DNA from: an uncultured Prevotellaceae bacterium
Lineage (GTDB): Bacteria > Bacteroidota > Bacteroidia > Bacteroidales > Bacteroidaceae
DNA length: 64,000 nt
Direction: 5' to 3'
Assembly (NCBI GenBank): GCA_937915745.1
Contig: CALGGJ010000069.1
Coordinates: forward strand, 5,544-69,543
Positions 38,759-47,990 of this stretch are shown in pieces (positions within the stretch are counted from its first letter, which is position 1; each line of letters starts with the position of its first letter). The notes beneath the pieces are model-generated. The model saw only the letters and a program-made list of their open reading frames with translations. It did not search any database and was not told the DNA's origin. A program made the translations under genes and the position numbers.

Positions 38759-40405
38759 ATGACACGTATATTGACACTTATTTTCATTTTTATAATCTCT
38801 CATCCACTCATATATCCATGTACCAACCTCATTGTAGGTAAAGCTGCATCTGCCGATGGGTCGGTAATCTGCACCTACAATTGCGACGGTTATGGCTTCG
38901 CAGGATTCTTAACCCTTATTCCTGCAGCCGACCATGCGAAGGGCGACCAACGTGCAATTACCGACTGGCTCAGCGGCAAAACACTCGGATATATAGATGA
39001 ACCATCGCATACATATCAAGTCATTGGACACATCAACGAGAAACAAGTGTGCATAGTAGAAACCACATTTGACGGCCGGCTCGAACTTGTAAACCCCAAA
39101 GGCTTACTCGACTACGATACAATGATAAAGCTTGGACTCCAACGAGCTTCGACTGCGCGCGAGGCAATATGCGTGATGACAGATCTCGTGGCACAATACG
39201 GATACAACAGTTCGGGCGAAACCATCACTGTATGCGACAAGAACGAAGCGTGGATAATGGAAATCATAGGAAAAGGCCCGGGAGTGAAGGGTGCTGTATG
39301 GGTTGCAATGCGTGTACCCGATGATTGTATATGTGCCCATGCAAACCTCAGCCGCATCCGACAATTCCCTCTCAATGACAAAGACAACTGTCTGTATAGC
39401 AAAGATGTAATACGTTTTGCTCGCGAACGAGGCTACTTTAATGGTAAAGATACCGATTTCAGTTTCCGCGAAGCCTACTGCCCTATCGACTTCGAAAATG
39501 TGCGCTATGCAGATGCTCGTGTCTGGAGTTTTTACCGTCATCACTTCAACACATCCGAAATCGACAAGTATCTTCCTTATATAAATGGTGATTTCGATGT
39601 ATGTGATCACCTGCCTCTCTTCCTGAAACCCGACAAGCCAGTTTCTGTGCGCGACATACAAGCCGACATGCGTGATCACTACGAAGGCACACAGCTCGAC
39701 ATGACAGCCGACATGAGTGCAGGTCCATGGGGAATGCCGGTACGTCCGATGCCTATGACCTTCACCACAAACGACGGACACCACTATTTTGTGGAACGTC
39801 CGATTGCTACACAGAAGTCGGCATTCACCCTTGTGGCACAACTGCGCAACTGGATGCCCGATTATGTAGGAGGTGTGATGTATTTCAACCTCGACGATGC
39901 TGCCATGGTGGCATACGTACCTGTGTATTGCTGTACAAATAAAGTACCCGATGCATTCAGGCGCGACAACAACAACTACCATGAGTTTTCTGAGAAAAGT
40001 GCATTCTGGATGAACAACTTTGTGGCAAATATGGTGTATCCACGCTATTCGGTCATCATGCCCGACCTGCTGGAAGCCCAGTCAGAACTCGAAGATTTCT
40101 ACTCACGTCAGGTGACAATAGACGAGACGAAAGTCTCTACCCTTACCGCCGATGAAGCCGTTGCATACCTCACAAGCCGAACCGACCACTATACACGGTG
40201 CATGATGGAAAGATGGAATCAGCTGGCCCGACTCATAATAGTAAAACACAATGACCAAGTAATGCTCGAGTCGGCCGACGGAAGAATAAAGCCAGGTGGC
40301 AAACTCAGCTATCCGGGATACAGGCCTCAGTTTTACGAACAAATAGGACGCGACACAGGATTGCGCTACGAAATGAAAGAATATATCGAGCGTAACGAAC
40401 GATGA
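38759..40405 (+). CDS. C69 family dipeptidase
   Basis: Signal sequence followed by the N-terminal nucleophile Cys (PCTNLIVGKAAS). Start moved to M21 of the ORF-track protein. Confidence 0.8.
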   Translation: MTRILTLIFIFIISHPLIYPCTNLIVGKAASADGSVICTYNCDGYGFAGFLTLIPAADHAKGDQRAITDWLSGKTLGYIDEPSHTYQVIGHINEKQVCIVETTFDGRLELVNPKGLLDYDTMIKLGLQRASTAREAICVMTDLVAQYGYNSSGETITVCDKNEAWIMEIIGKGPGVKGAVWVAMRVPDDCICAHANLSRIRQFPLNDKDNCLYSKDVIRFARERGYFNGKDTDFSFREAYCPIDFENVRYADARVWSFYRHHFNTSEIDKYLPYINGDFDVCDHLPLFLKPDKPVSVRDIQADMRDHYEGTQLDMTADMSAGPWGMPVRPMPMTFTTNDGHHYFVERPIATQKSAFTLVAQLRNWMPDYVGGVMYFNLDDAAMVAYVPVYCCTNKVPDAFRRDNNNYHEFSEKSAFWMNNFVANMVYPRYSVIMPDLLEAQSELEDFYSRQVTIDETKVSTLTADEAVAYLTSRTDHYTRCMMERWNQLARLIIVKHNDQVMLESADGRIKPGGKLSYPGYRPQFYEQIGRDTGLRYEMKEYIERNER

Positions 40406-41259
40406 ATACTATTTTTATTGTATTACCCATACTTACGATGTTGATGTTCGACATCGGTCTTACATTGAGTGTTTACGATTTTCAAATCGTCATTAAACGT
40501 CCGCGGCCTATCATTGCTGGTCTCGTGGGTCAAATAATTCTTTTGCCACTTATTGCATGGGGTGTAGGAACATGGTTTGCACTTGCCCCTCTCTTTTTCA
40601 TAGGTATCATACTCATTGCATGTAGCCCCGGTGGCAGTTCGAGCAATGTATTTTCAATGTTGGTAGGTGGCGATGTCGCTCTTTCTGTGTCGCTCACTGC
40701 CTTTAGCAGTATCATCACATTGTTTACAAGCCCACTTATCATGGGTTTGGTAGCACAATCTGTGGGGCAGGACATCAACATACATTTGCCGATAGGCAAC
40801 TTGCTTATGCAAAACATTGTATTGATGGCATTACCTATTGCCATAGGTATATGGCTTACTCATGCACGTCAGCATCTTGCAGCGCGTCTTCACAACATAC
40901 TTCGACGTCTGGCATTCCCTTGCCTGATATTGCTTGCTACAGTTTTCTTCATTCAACATCGTGTCACTATCGTGCAAGAGTTCCCCACATTGGGGCTCTC
41001 GATGTCGGTACTCATACTGGCCTCCATGCTTTGTGGTTCCTTGCTTGCAATCATTTTGAAACTCAACGGGCGTGAGCGACGCACAATCGTCATAGAAGTC
41101 GGTATGCAAAATGCGGCTCAAGCCATCACCGTAGCTTGCAGCCCTATCGTCTTGAACAACGAAACGATTGCGATTCCGGCAATCATATACGCCTTGATGA
41201 TGAATGTAATACTTCTTACATACGTTGGAGTCATTAACCTTAAAAGAGAGAAGCAATAA
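40402..41259 (+). CDS. bile acid:sodium symporter (BASS/SBF) family transporter
   Basis: 285 aa, polytopic. SBF-type motifs (ACSPGGSSSNVFS; GMQNAAQAI). Its start overlaps the upstream stop (ATGA). Confidence 0.8.
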   Translation: MNTIFIVLPILTMLMFDIGLTLSVYDFQIVIKRPRPIIAGLVGQIILLPLIAWGVGTWFALAPLFFIGIILIACSPGGSSSNVFSMLVGGDVALSVSLTAFSSIITLFTSPLIMGLVAQSVGQDINIHLPIGNLLMQNIVLMALPIAIGIWLTHARQHLAARLHNILRRLAFPCLILLATVFFIQHRVTIVQEFPTLGLSMSVLILASMLCGSLLAIILKLNGRERRTIVIEVGMQNAAQAITVACSPIVLNNETIAIPAIIYALMMNVILLTYVGVINLKREKQ

Positions 41260-41276
41260 AATATTTCATGGTATGA

Positions 41277-41969
41277 TTACCTCATTTGCTGCATCTGGAT
41301 GAGCAGTTCGCGTTGTCGGTCGTTGAGTTGTGTCGGCAGTTCCACATTGATTGTAAGTATTAGGTCTGAGCCGCCATGCCCTTTGCCTTTAAGACGCAAT
41401 TTAGAACCTGGCTGTGTGCATGGTTTGAGTTTTAGCTTGAGTTTCTCACTACCCGATTCGATTATCACATCACCTCCCAGCAGTGCGGTATATATATCGA
41501 TTTTTATGGTGGCTTGCGACTCTTGTGGCGTTTGCTGACGTGCCCGTGATGCTGTACGTCGATTTGCCATCTCGCCAAAAAGCGATGTAAAGAAATCACT
41601 GAATCCACCGCTGCCCATGTTGAACTCGAATGTAGAACCGTCGCCGCCCATAAACGGGTTGCCACCATTGGAGAACGGATTAAATCCACTAAAAGGGTCA
41701 CCGCCACTCTGTTGTCCTCCGAATCCACCAGCTCCGTTCATCTTATTCCAGTTTTCACCATATTGGTCGTAGCGGGTACGCTTGTCGGGGTCGTTCAACA
41801 CCTCGTAGGCCTCGTTAAGCAACTGGAACTTTGCTTTTGCTTTCGGATCATCGGGATGAAGATCAGGATGGAACTGCTTGCTGCGTTTGCGGTAAGCAGC
41901 CTTTATGTCGGCCTGCGGAATATCTTTTGGCACACCAAGTATCTTGTAGTAATCAATAAATTTAGCCAT
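41277..41969 (-). CDS. J-domain protein (DnaJ/CbpA-like co-chaperone)
   Basis: 230 aa. J domain with HPD (YYKILGVPK...FHPDLHPDD), a Gly/Phe-rich linker and a short DnaJ C-terminal-like domain. Confidence 0.8.
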   Translation of the reverse strand: MAKFIDYYKILGVPKDIPQADIKAAYRKRSKQFHPDLHPDDPKAKAKFQLLNEAYEVLNDPDKRTRYDQYGENWNKMNGAGGFGGQQSGGDPFSGFNPFSNGGNPFMGGDGSTFEFNMGSGGFSDFFTSLFGEMANRRTASRARQQTPQESQATIKIDIYTALLGGDVIIESGSEKLKLKLKPCTQPGSKLRLKGKGHGGSDLILTINVELPTQLNDRQRELLIQMQQMR

Positions 41970-42142
41970 AGTTCATTTCTTTTTTATAAATAAAACTGCA
42001 AATATCGTGCCAATGGGAATATAACCCGTATGGGTGCGATGTGTCAGTGACAAAGTCTGCCAAAAAGTATATTATAAGCTGAAAAATGCATGTCGGATGA
42101 CATAAATATCAGGATTAATTTTGTTTTCAGAAGTTTTTTTGG

Positions 42143-42150
42143 TAATTTTG
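42143..42150 (+). promoter_or_regulatory. Bacteroidota -7 promoter motif (TAATTTTG)
   Basis: 19 nt upstream of the ATG at 42169 and inside the TTG-initiated ORF-track extension. Confidence 0.55.
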
Positions 42151-42168
42151 TCACCAAATAAACATTCA

Positions 42169-43884
42169 ATGGAAGAAACTCGTAAGGTAAGAATCATTTT
42201 TACAAGCGATGTACATGGCAACTATTTCCCATTCGATTTCCGGCACACGCGTTGGGGCAAAGGCAGTTTGCAGCGAGTGTATGCGTTCGTGGCACAAGAG
42301 TGTCAGCGACAACCTGGCAGCACCATACTGATTGATGGCGGTGACATGTTGCAGGGAGAGCCAACATCCTATTATTTCAATTTTATCAGCAATAGCAAAC
42401 GTCATAGAGTAGCCGATTTCTGTAATTTCATTGGTTACGATGTGGCTGTAATTGGGAATCACGACCTAGAGACCGGACATGAGGTTTTCGACCGCTATGT
42501 GCGCGACTGCAACTTCCCTGTACTTGGAGCAAACGCAATAGAAAACTCTACAGGCGAACCTTACTTCCAGCCATATACCATGCTATATCGAAGCGGTGTG
42601 AGAATTGCAGTTATCGGATTTATCACACCTGCAATCCCACACTGGATACCATCTACCGTATGGCACGACATGCACTTTGAAGATATAACAGAAAGTGCAC
42701 GTAAATGGGTGGCACGAGTTAAAGATGACGAACATCCTGACTTTATTATAGGTCTGTTACACTCGGGTTTGTGCGAAGGAATAACCACCGATGAATATAA
42801 GGAAAATGCCACTATGGACACAGCACAGAATGTCGAAGGCTTTGACCTTATCTTATATGGTCACGACCATGCAAGCAATATAGAAGAGGTGACTACTCCG
42901 TCAGGACGCAAGATACAATGCATCAATCCTGGCAGCTACGCACACAATGTGGCAGAGGTGAACATTGAGTTTTCACTCGGTGCAAATCAACATGTAATCA
43001 GTCATAAACTCGAGAGCAAAATACACTACATAGGAACAGTGCGAAATCCACATAGCCAAACATTCCGTCACCACTTCTTCCGCGACTACCAAGACGTGAG
43101 CCGATATGCAGCCGAACACCTCGGGCACCTGCACAGTGACTTGCGCGTCGCAGACGCATATTTCGGGCCGTCGGCATACATCGACCTCATACAACATCTT
43201 CAACTGAAAGTAAGCGGAGCAGACATATCATTTGCTGCACCTTTGTTTTTCAATGCCTTGATTAAAGCTGGCGATATAAAGATAAGCGACCTGTTCAACA
43301 TCTACCGATTTGAAGACAAACTATATATACTTAAGCTCACTGGCAATGAAATAAAGCGCTATCTCGAAATGAGCTATGACGGCTGGATAAACCAGATGTC
43401 CAGCGACGTTGACCAGTTCCTTCAGACCTGCCCGATGAAAAGCAATCCCGAGCGCATAGGTTTCAAAAACTTTATCTTCAACTTCGATTCGGCAGCAGGC
43501 ATCTGCTACGAGGTAGATGTGCGACGTCAGGCAGACCAACGAATAAATATCATAAGCATGGCAAACGGTACACCATTCGACCCACAACACTACTACACTT
43601 GTGCTATGACAGCATACAGGGCAAATGGTGGCGGTGAACTCTTGACGAAAGGAGCAGGCATACCAAAAGAAGAACTGGAACAACGCATACTGCTCATCAC
43701 AACACACGACATACGATACTATCTGATGGAATATGTGCGTGAAGAAAAAAACATATACCCCGAGCCAATGAACCACTGGAAGTTTGTACCCGAACAATGG
43801 ATATCAAAAGCCAAGGAACGAGAGATGGCCGTACTGTTCCAGGCCGGTGATGCAGAAGCTGAAGACGAAGCAAACGACCGATGA
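42169..43884 (+). CDS. bifunctional metallophosphatase / 5'-nucleotidase family protein, apparently cytoplasmic
   Basis: Calcineurin-like motifs (FTSDVHGN, GGDMLQGEP, GNHDLE, GHDH) plus a 5'-nucleotidase C-terminal-like half. No signal peptide after the ATG at 42169. Confidence 0.75.
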   Translation: MEETRKVRIIFTSDVHGNYFPFDFRHTRWGKGSLQRVYAFVAQECQRQPGSTILIDGGDMLQGEPTSYYFNFISNSKRHRVADFCNFIGYDVAVIGNHDLETGHEVFDRYVRDCNFPVLGANAIENSTGEPYFQPYTMLYRSGVRIAVIGFITPAIPHWIPSTVWHDMHFEDITESARKWVARVKDDEHPDFIIGLLHSGLCEGITTDEYKENATMDTAQNVEGFDLILYGHDHASNIEEVTTPSGRKIQCINPGSYAHNVAEVNIEFSLGANQHVISHKLESKIHYIGTVRNPHSQTFRHHFFRDYQDVSRYAAEHLGHLHSDLRVADAYFGPSAYIDLIQHLQLKVSGADISFAAPLFFNALIKAGDIKISDLFNIYRFEDKLYILKLTGNEIKRYLEMSYDGWINQMSSDVDQFLQTCPMKSNPERIGFKNFIFNFDSAAGICYEVDVRRQADQRINIISMANGTPFDPQHYYTCAMTAYRANGGGELLTKGAGIPKEELEQRILLITTHDIRYYLMEYVREEKNIYPEPMNHWKFVPEQWISKAKEREMAVLFQAGDAEAEDEANDR

Positions 43885-44624
43885 CCGAACTACTGACAAT
43901 AACCGGCCCCACAGCATGTGGCAAGACTCGATTTGCAGCACAGCTTGCATATCTACTCGATGGCGAAATCATCAGTGCAGACAGCCGCCAGGTATATCGG
44001 CGTATGGATATAGGCACAGGCAAAGATCTTGACGACTACATTGTGGCCGGCCGCCCCATACCATACCACCTTATTGACGTTGCAGAGCCTGGCACCAAAT
44101 ACAATGTTTACAGATACCAACACGACTTTCACCAAGCCTACAACGATATTTGCAGTCGTGGCAGGATGCCCATACTTTGCGGCGGAACAGGACTGTATAT
44201 AGAAAGTGTATTAAAAAACTACGAGTTTGACGGAAGAGTCTGTCCGAAACTCGTGGGCAGTATAGTCGTTGGACTCATGATTGATCGCGATACTCGTCGC
44301 CAACGTATCAGCCGCCGGCTCGACCAACGATTAAAAGAAGGAATGGTTGATGAAGTAAAAGCACTGCTGAGCGAGGGGGTGAGCAGTGAGACACTCATAC
44401 GCTATGGACTGGAATACAAATATGTAACGCTCTACCTGCTAGGGAAAATCACCGCAGACGAAATGCATGACCTGCTCGAAATTGCGATACATCAATTTGC
44501 AAAACGGCAGATGACATGGTTTCGCGGCATGGAGAAACGAGGTACAAAAATACACTGGATAGATACAACCCTACCCATAGAACAACAAATAGTTGAAGTA
44601 AAAAAACTTCTTACCAATTCATAG
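43881..44624 (+). CDS. MiaA-like dimethylallyl (isopentenyl) transferase lacking the insertion domain
   Basis: 247 aa. P-loop GPTACGKT, ISADSRQVYRRMDIGTGK, GGTGLYIES, AKRQMTWFR. About 60-70 residues present in canonical MiaA between GGTxxY and the second core half are absent. The ATG overlaps the upstream stop (ATGA). Confidence 0.7.
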   Translation: MTELLTITGPTACGKTRFAAQLAYLLDGEIISADSRQVYRRMDIGTGKDLDDYIVAGRPIPYHLIDVAEPGTKYNVYRYQHDFHQAYNDICSRGRMPILCGGTGLYIESVLKNYEFDGRVCPKLVGSIVVGLMIDRDTRRQRISRRLDQRLKEGMVDEVKALLSEGVSSETLIRYGLEYKYVTLYLLGKITADEMHDLLEIAIHQFAKRQMTWFRGMEKRGTKIHWIDTTLPIEQQIVEVKKLLTNS

Positions 44625-44654
44625 ATAACCTTAACCCTGACGATAACACTCTCT

Positions 44655-44717
44655 CCGGATGCACTCTCACGCATGGGGATGACGGGGACAGTACATCCTG
44701 TACTCAACACACCTTCC
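44655..44717 (+). repeat. GGGGATGACGGGGACAGT stem-loop element, copy A
   Basis: CCGGATGCACTCT...GGGGATGACGGGGACAGTACATCCTGTACTCAACACACCTTCC. The related copy lies at 46867-46941. Confidence 0.75.
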
Positions 44718-44774
44718 AGACCATTACTCTTTCAAAACATAAGCAACCGGCCTGAAATAGACTGGAAATTATCA

Positions 44775-44796
44775 AAGCACTAATGACCGATTTGGG
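44775..44796 (+). repeat. copy of the CTAATGACCGATTTGG motif
   Basis: AAGCACTAATGACCGATTTGGG, about 60 nt after repeat copy A and about 100 nt upstream of the ATG at 44898. Confidence 0.8.
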
Positions 44797-44858
44797 ATAA
44801 TCGGAGTTCTCCTCTGAAAAAATAGAGAAATTCCTTAAGAACTAACAAAAAATAACAC

Positions 44859-44866
44859 TAACTTTG
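44859..44866 (+). promoter_or_regulatory. Bacteroidota -7 promoter motif (TAACTTTG)
   Basis: 32 nt upstream of the ATG at 44898. Confidence 0.6.
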
Positions 44867-44897
44867 CAGCACAAAACCAATTAATACGCATACGATT

Positions 44898-45626
44898 ATG
44901 AAAAAAACATGGATTTATTTAGTAAGTGCAACTATGCTGACAAGTGCATTGTTTACCGGTTGCGACATCACATCGTCGCGAAACTACATGGGAACAATGG
45001 CGGGTGCCGAGATAGGTGGCGTTATTGGTGAGGCATTGGGATGGATGTCAACCGACCGCCACGATGGTCCTGGACGTGCCATGATGGGTAGTGTGATAGG
45101 AACAATTGCCGGTGCAGCTATAGGGAATGTATTGACACGAGAGACAGCAGACCGAAGGGTGACGACGTCACGAAGGTCGGATGACATATATGCTGACAAC
45201 ACCTACGACGGAGGATACCAAACAGGCGGCGGATACGATGCGAGAAACTCACAAAACAGAAACAACCGCCACGACAACGAGGATGCATACAGCAGTTTGA
45301 GTATTGCAGGAGTCACATATCAAGACGAAGACGGTGACGGACGTTTTTCGCGCAACGAAACGGTGAATATCATCTATGAGGTGACAAATCATTCTGACAG
45401 GTCATGTTCTGCTGAATTGAAGGTAGAGACGATGAACGACAGCAAAAACTTTGTTCTTTCACCATCCAACACTGTGAAGATTGAGCCACATGAGACCCTG
45501 CGCTATAAAGCAAAAGCATTTTGCAAAGGACGCACATCAGTCAGTTCTGTGAAATTCCGACTCATGGCCAGCAGTCCGACCGCAGGAAATACTGCAGCAG
45601 AATTGCAAATCAGAATGAGCAAATGA
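44898..45626 (+). CDS. lipoprotein with glycine-zipper segment, hypothetical
   Basis: 242 aa with a lipobox (LFTGCD). Gly-zipper-like GAEIGGVIGEALG and GSVIGTIAGAAIG. Confidence 0.5.
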   Translation: MKKTWIYLVSATMLTSALFTGCDITSSRNYMGTMAGAEIGGVIGEALGWMSTDRHDGPGRAMMGSVIGTIAGAAIGNVLTRETADRRVTTSRRSDDIYADNTYDGGYQTGGGYDARNSQNRNNRHDNEDAYSSLSIAGVTYQDEDGDGRFSRNETVNIIYEVTNHSDRSCSAELKVETMNDSKNFVLSPSNTVKIEPHETLRYKAKAFCKGRTSVSSVKFRLMASSPTAGNTAAELQIRMSK

Positions 45627-45701
45627 TTAAGTGCTGATGTTTTTCACTTCATAGGTGTATGGTTTTTCACTTATAGCAATTGCCAATTCATAAATAAACA
45701 T

Positions 45702-45709
45702 TATCTTTG
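45702..45709 (+). promoter_or_regulatory. Bacteroidota -7 promoter motif (TATCTTTG) upstream of serC
   Basis: 74 nt upstream of the ATG at 45783. Confidence 0.5.
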
Positions 45710-45716
45710 TCGTCGG

Positions 45717-45741
45717 AAATGTCGTCCGGCGACATTTTTTT
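45717..45741 (+). terminator. terminator-like hairpin plus T-tract between the serC promoter motif and the serC start
   Basis: AAATGTCG-TCCGG-CGACATTT followed by further Ts (T7 run at 45735-45741). Confidence 0.5.
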
Positions 45742-45782
45742 CGTATAAAAGAAGACAATCATAATAATATAAATAATCTATA

Positions 45783-46853
45783 ATGAAGAAGTATAATTTC
45801 AATGCAGGTCCGTCGATACTCCCACGCGAGGTCATCGAAGCGACTGCAGCCGCATGCCTTGACTTTAACGGTTCAGGGCTTTCGCTCATGGAAATCAGTC
45901 ACCGTGCTAAAGATTTTCAACCAGTAGTGGACGAGGCAGTCGCCTTGTTTAAAGAATTGCTCAACATACCTGAAGGTTACTCCGTATTATTCCTCGGAGG
46001 TGGTGCAAGTCTGGAGTTCTGCATGGTTCCATATAACTTCCTTGAAAAGAAAGCCGCATATCTCAATACGGGTGTATGGGCTACCAAAGCCGAAAAAGAA
46101 GCAAAAACATTTGGCGAAGTCGTAGAGGTTGCTTCATCGGCCGACAAAAATTTTACCTATATACCTCGAAACTTCGAAATACCGACCGATGCCGACTATC
46201 TGCATATCACTACAAACAATACGATATACGGAACAGAGCTTCGCGAAGATATAAACTCCCCTATCCCACTTATTGCAGACATGTCATCCGACATATTCTC
46301 GCGTCCTATAGACGTGAGCAAATACGCACTTATCTACGGAGGTGCACAGAAGAACCTGTCGATGGCAGGTGTTACATTTGTCATAGTGAAAGAAGATGCA
46401 CTTGGAAAGGTGAGTCGCCAAATACCTACAATGCTCAACTACCAAACCCACGTGAAGAAAGGTTCGATGTTCAACACCCCACCAGTAGTTCCCATTTATT
46501 GTGCACTAATGAACTTGCGATACATCAAGGCACATGGTGGAGTGAAGGCTATGCAGGAACTGGCAGAGAAGCGCGCTGCAATAGTATATAATGAAATAGA
46601 CCGCAACAAGCTCTTTGTAGGTACAGCCGAGAAAGACTCTCGTTCTCTCATGAACATCACGTTCGTAATGAAAGACGAATACAAAGAACTGGAAAAAGAA
46701 TTCCTTGATTTTGCCACACAGCGTGGTATGGTGGGTGTGAAGGGACATCGCGATGTAGGTGGGTTCCGCGCTTCATGCTACAATGCGATGACTATTGAAG
46801 GTGTAGAAGCACTTGTAGCTTGTATGAAGGATTTTGAAAGTACAACGTTTTAG
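45783..46853 (+). CDS. serC: 3-phosphoserine/phosphohydroxythreonine aminotransferase
   Basis: 356 aa. SerC-type N-terminus ([11 protein letters not shown]), HRAKDF and GGAQKN (PLP Lys region). Confidence 0.92.
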   Translation: MKKYNFNAGPSILPREVIEATAAACLDFNGSGLSLMEISHRAKDFQPVVDEAVALFKELLNIPEGYSVLFLGGGASLEFCMVPYNFLEKKAAYLNTGVWATKAEKEAKTFGEVVEVASSADKNFTYIPRNFEIPTDADYLHITTNNTIYGTELREDINSPIPLIADMSSDIFSRPIDVSKYALIYGGAQKNLSMAGVTFVIVKEDALGKVSRQIPTMLNYQTHVKKGSMFNTPPVVPIYCALMNLRYIKAHGGVKAMQELAEKRAAIVYNEIDRNKLFVGTAEKDSRSLMNITFVMKDEYKELEKEFLDFATQRGMVGVKGHRDVGGFRASCYNAMTIEGVEALVACMKDFESTTF

Positions 46854-46866
46854 TTATGCTAAATTG

Positions 46867-46941
46867 CCGCATGGACTCTATCGCCTCAGTCCCCAGCAAG
46901 GGGATGACGGGGACAGTCCATCCGGTCCACTACACCCCTCC
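46867..46941 (+). repeat. GGGGATGACGGGGACAGT stem-loop element, copy B
   Basis: CCGCATGGACTCT...GGGGATGACGGGGACAGTCCATCCGGTCCACTACACCCCTCC in the serC-serA spacer. ATGGACT (46871-46877) pairs with AGTCCAT (46915-46921). Confidence 0.75.
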
Positions 46942-47061
46942 GAAGCTGACCATGCCATGCAAGGAGGAAAAAGACAAAGTCAAAACGAGGGCGAAGCTAA
47001 TATGAAATTTGTCCCCAGTTGTTCCACGAAGGATATCTAAATATAATATAAGTAAATACAC

Positions 47062-47976
47062 ATGAAAGTTCTTATTGCAACAGAAAAACCGTTTGCTGAA
47101 GCAGCAGTGAATGGAATACGCAAAATAATCGAGGGTGCAGGATTCCAACTTGTCTTGCTTGAAAAATACACCGATAAAACTCAACTCATTAAGGCCGTAT
47201 CTGATGTAGATGCACTCATTATCCGTTCCGACAAGATAGATGCAGAGGTTATCAGTGCGGCACCACAACTTAAGATCGTGGTCCGTGCCGGCGCTGGATA
47301 TGATAATGTTGACCTCAAAGCAGCCACTGCTCATAATGTTGTTGTTATGAACACACCTGGGCAAAATGCCAACGCTGTGGCCGAGTTGGTGTTTGGCCTC
47401 TTAGTATATACAGTTCGCAACTTCTACAATGGCAAATCGGGCAGCGAACTCAAGGGACGACACCTTGGAATACTGGCTTTCGGAAATGTAGGACGCAACG
47501 TTGCACGTATAGCAAAAGGATTCGGAATGGAAGTTTCGGCCTACGATGCCTATTGCCCCACAGATGTTATCGAAGCAGCAGGCGTACATGCAGCCAAGAG
47601 TCAGGACGAACTGTTTGAAACATGTGACATTGTTTCACTTCACATACCTGCCACAGCCGAGACGAACCAAAGCATCAACCGAGTCATCGTTGGCAAGATG
47701 AAGAAAGGTGGAATACTTATCAACACAGCCCGTAAGGAAGTCATCAACGAACCGGAACTGATCGCCCTCATGTCCGAACGCAACGATTTGAAGTACATAA
47801 CCGACATCAAGCCCGATGCAGATGCGGAGTTTTCAAAATTTCAAGACCGTTATTTTTCCACACCAAAGAAAATGGGTGCACAGACAACCGAGGCAAACAC
47901 CAATGCAGGCTTGGCTGCTGCACGACAGATTGTGGCATATATAAACGAAGGAGTCACTCAATTCAAGGTCAACTGA
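47062..47976 (+). CDS. serA: D-3-phosphoglycerate dehydrogenase (short, 2-hydroxyacid dehydrogenase family)
   Basis: 304 aa. NAD-binding GILAFGNVG, catalytic-domain motifs, and serC adjacency. Confidence 0.8.
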   Translation: MKVLIATEKPFAEAAVNGIRKIIEGAGFQLVLLEKYTDKTQLIKAVSDVDALIIRSDKIDAEVISAAPQLKIVVRAGAGYDNVDLKAATAHNVVVMNTPGQNANAVAELVFGLLVYTVRNFYNGKSGSELKGRHLGILAFGNVGRNVARIAKGFGMEVSAYDAYCPTDVIEAAGVHAAKSQDELFETCDIVSLHIPATAETNQSINRVIVGKMKKGGILINTARKEVINEPELIALMSERNDLKYITDIKPDADAEFSKFQDRYFSTPKKMGAQTTEANTNAGLAAARQIVAYINEGVTQFKVN

Positions 47977-47990
47977 CTGGTTCCAAGGAT

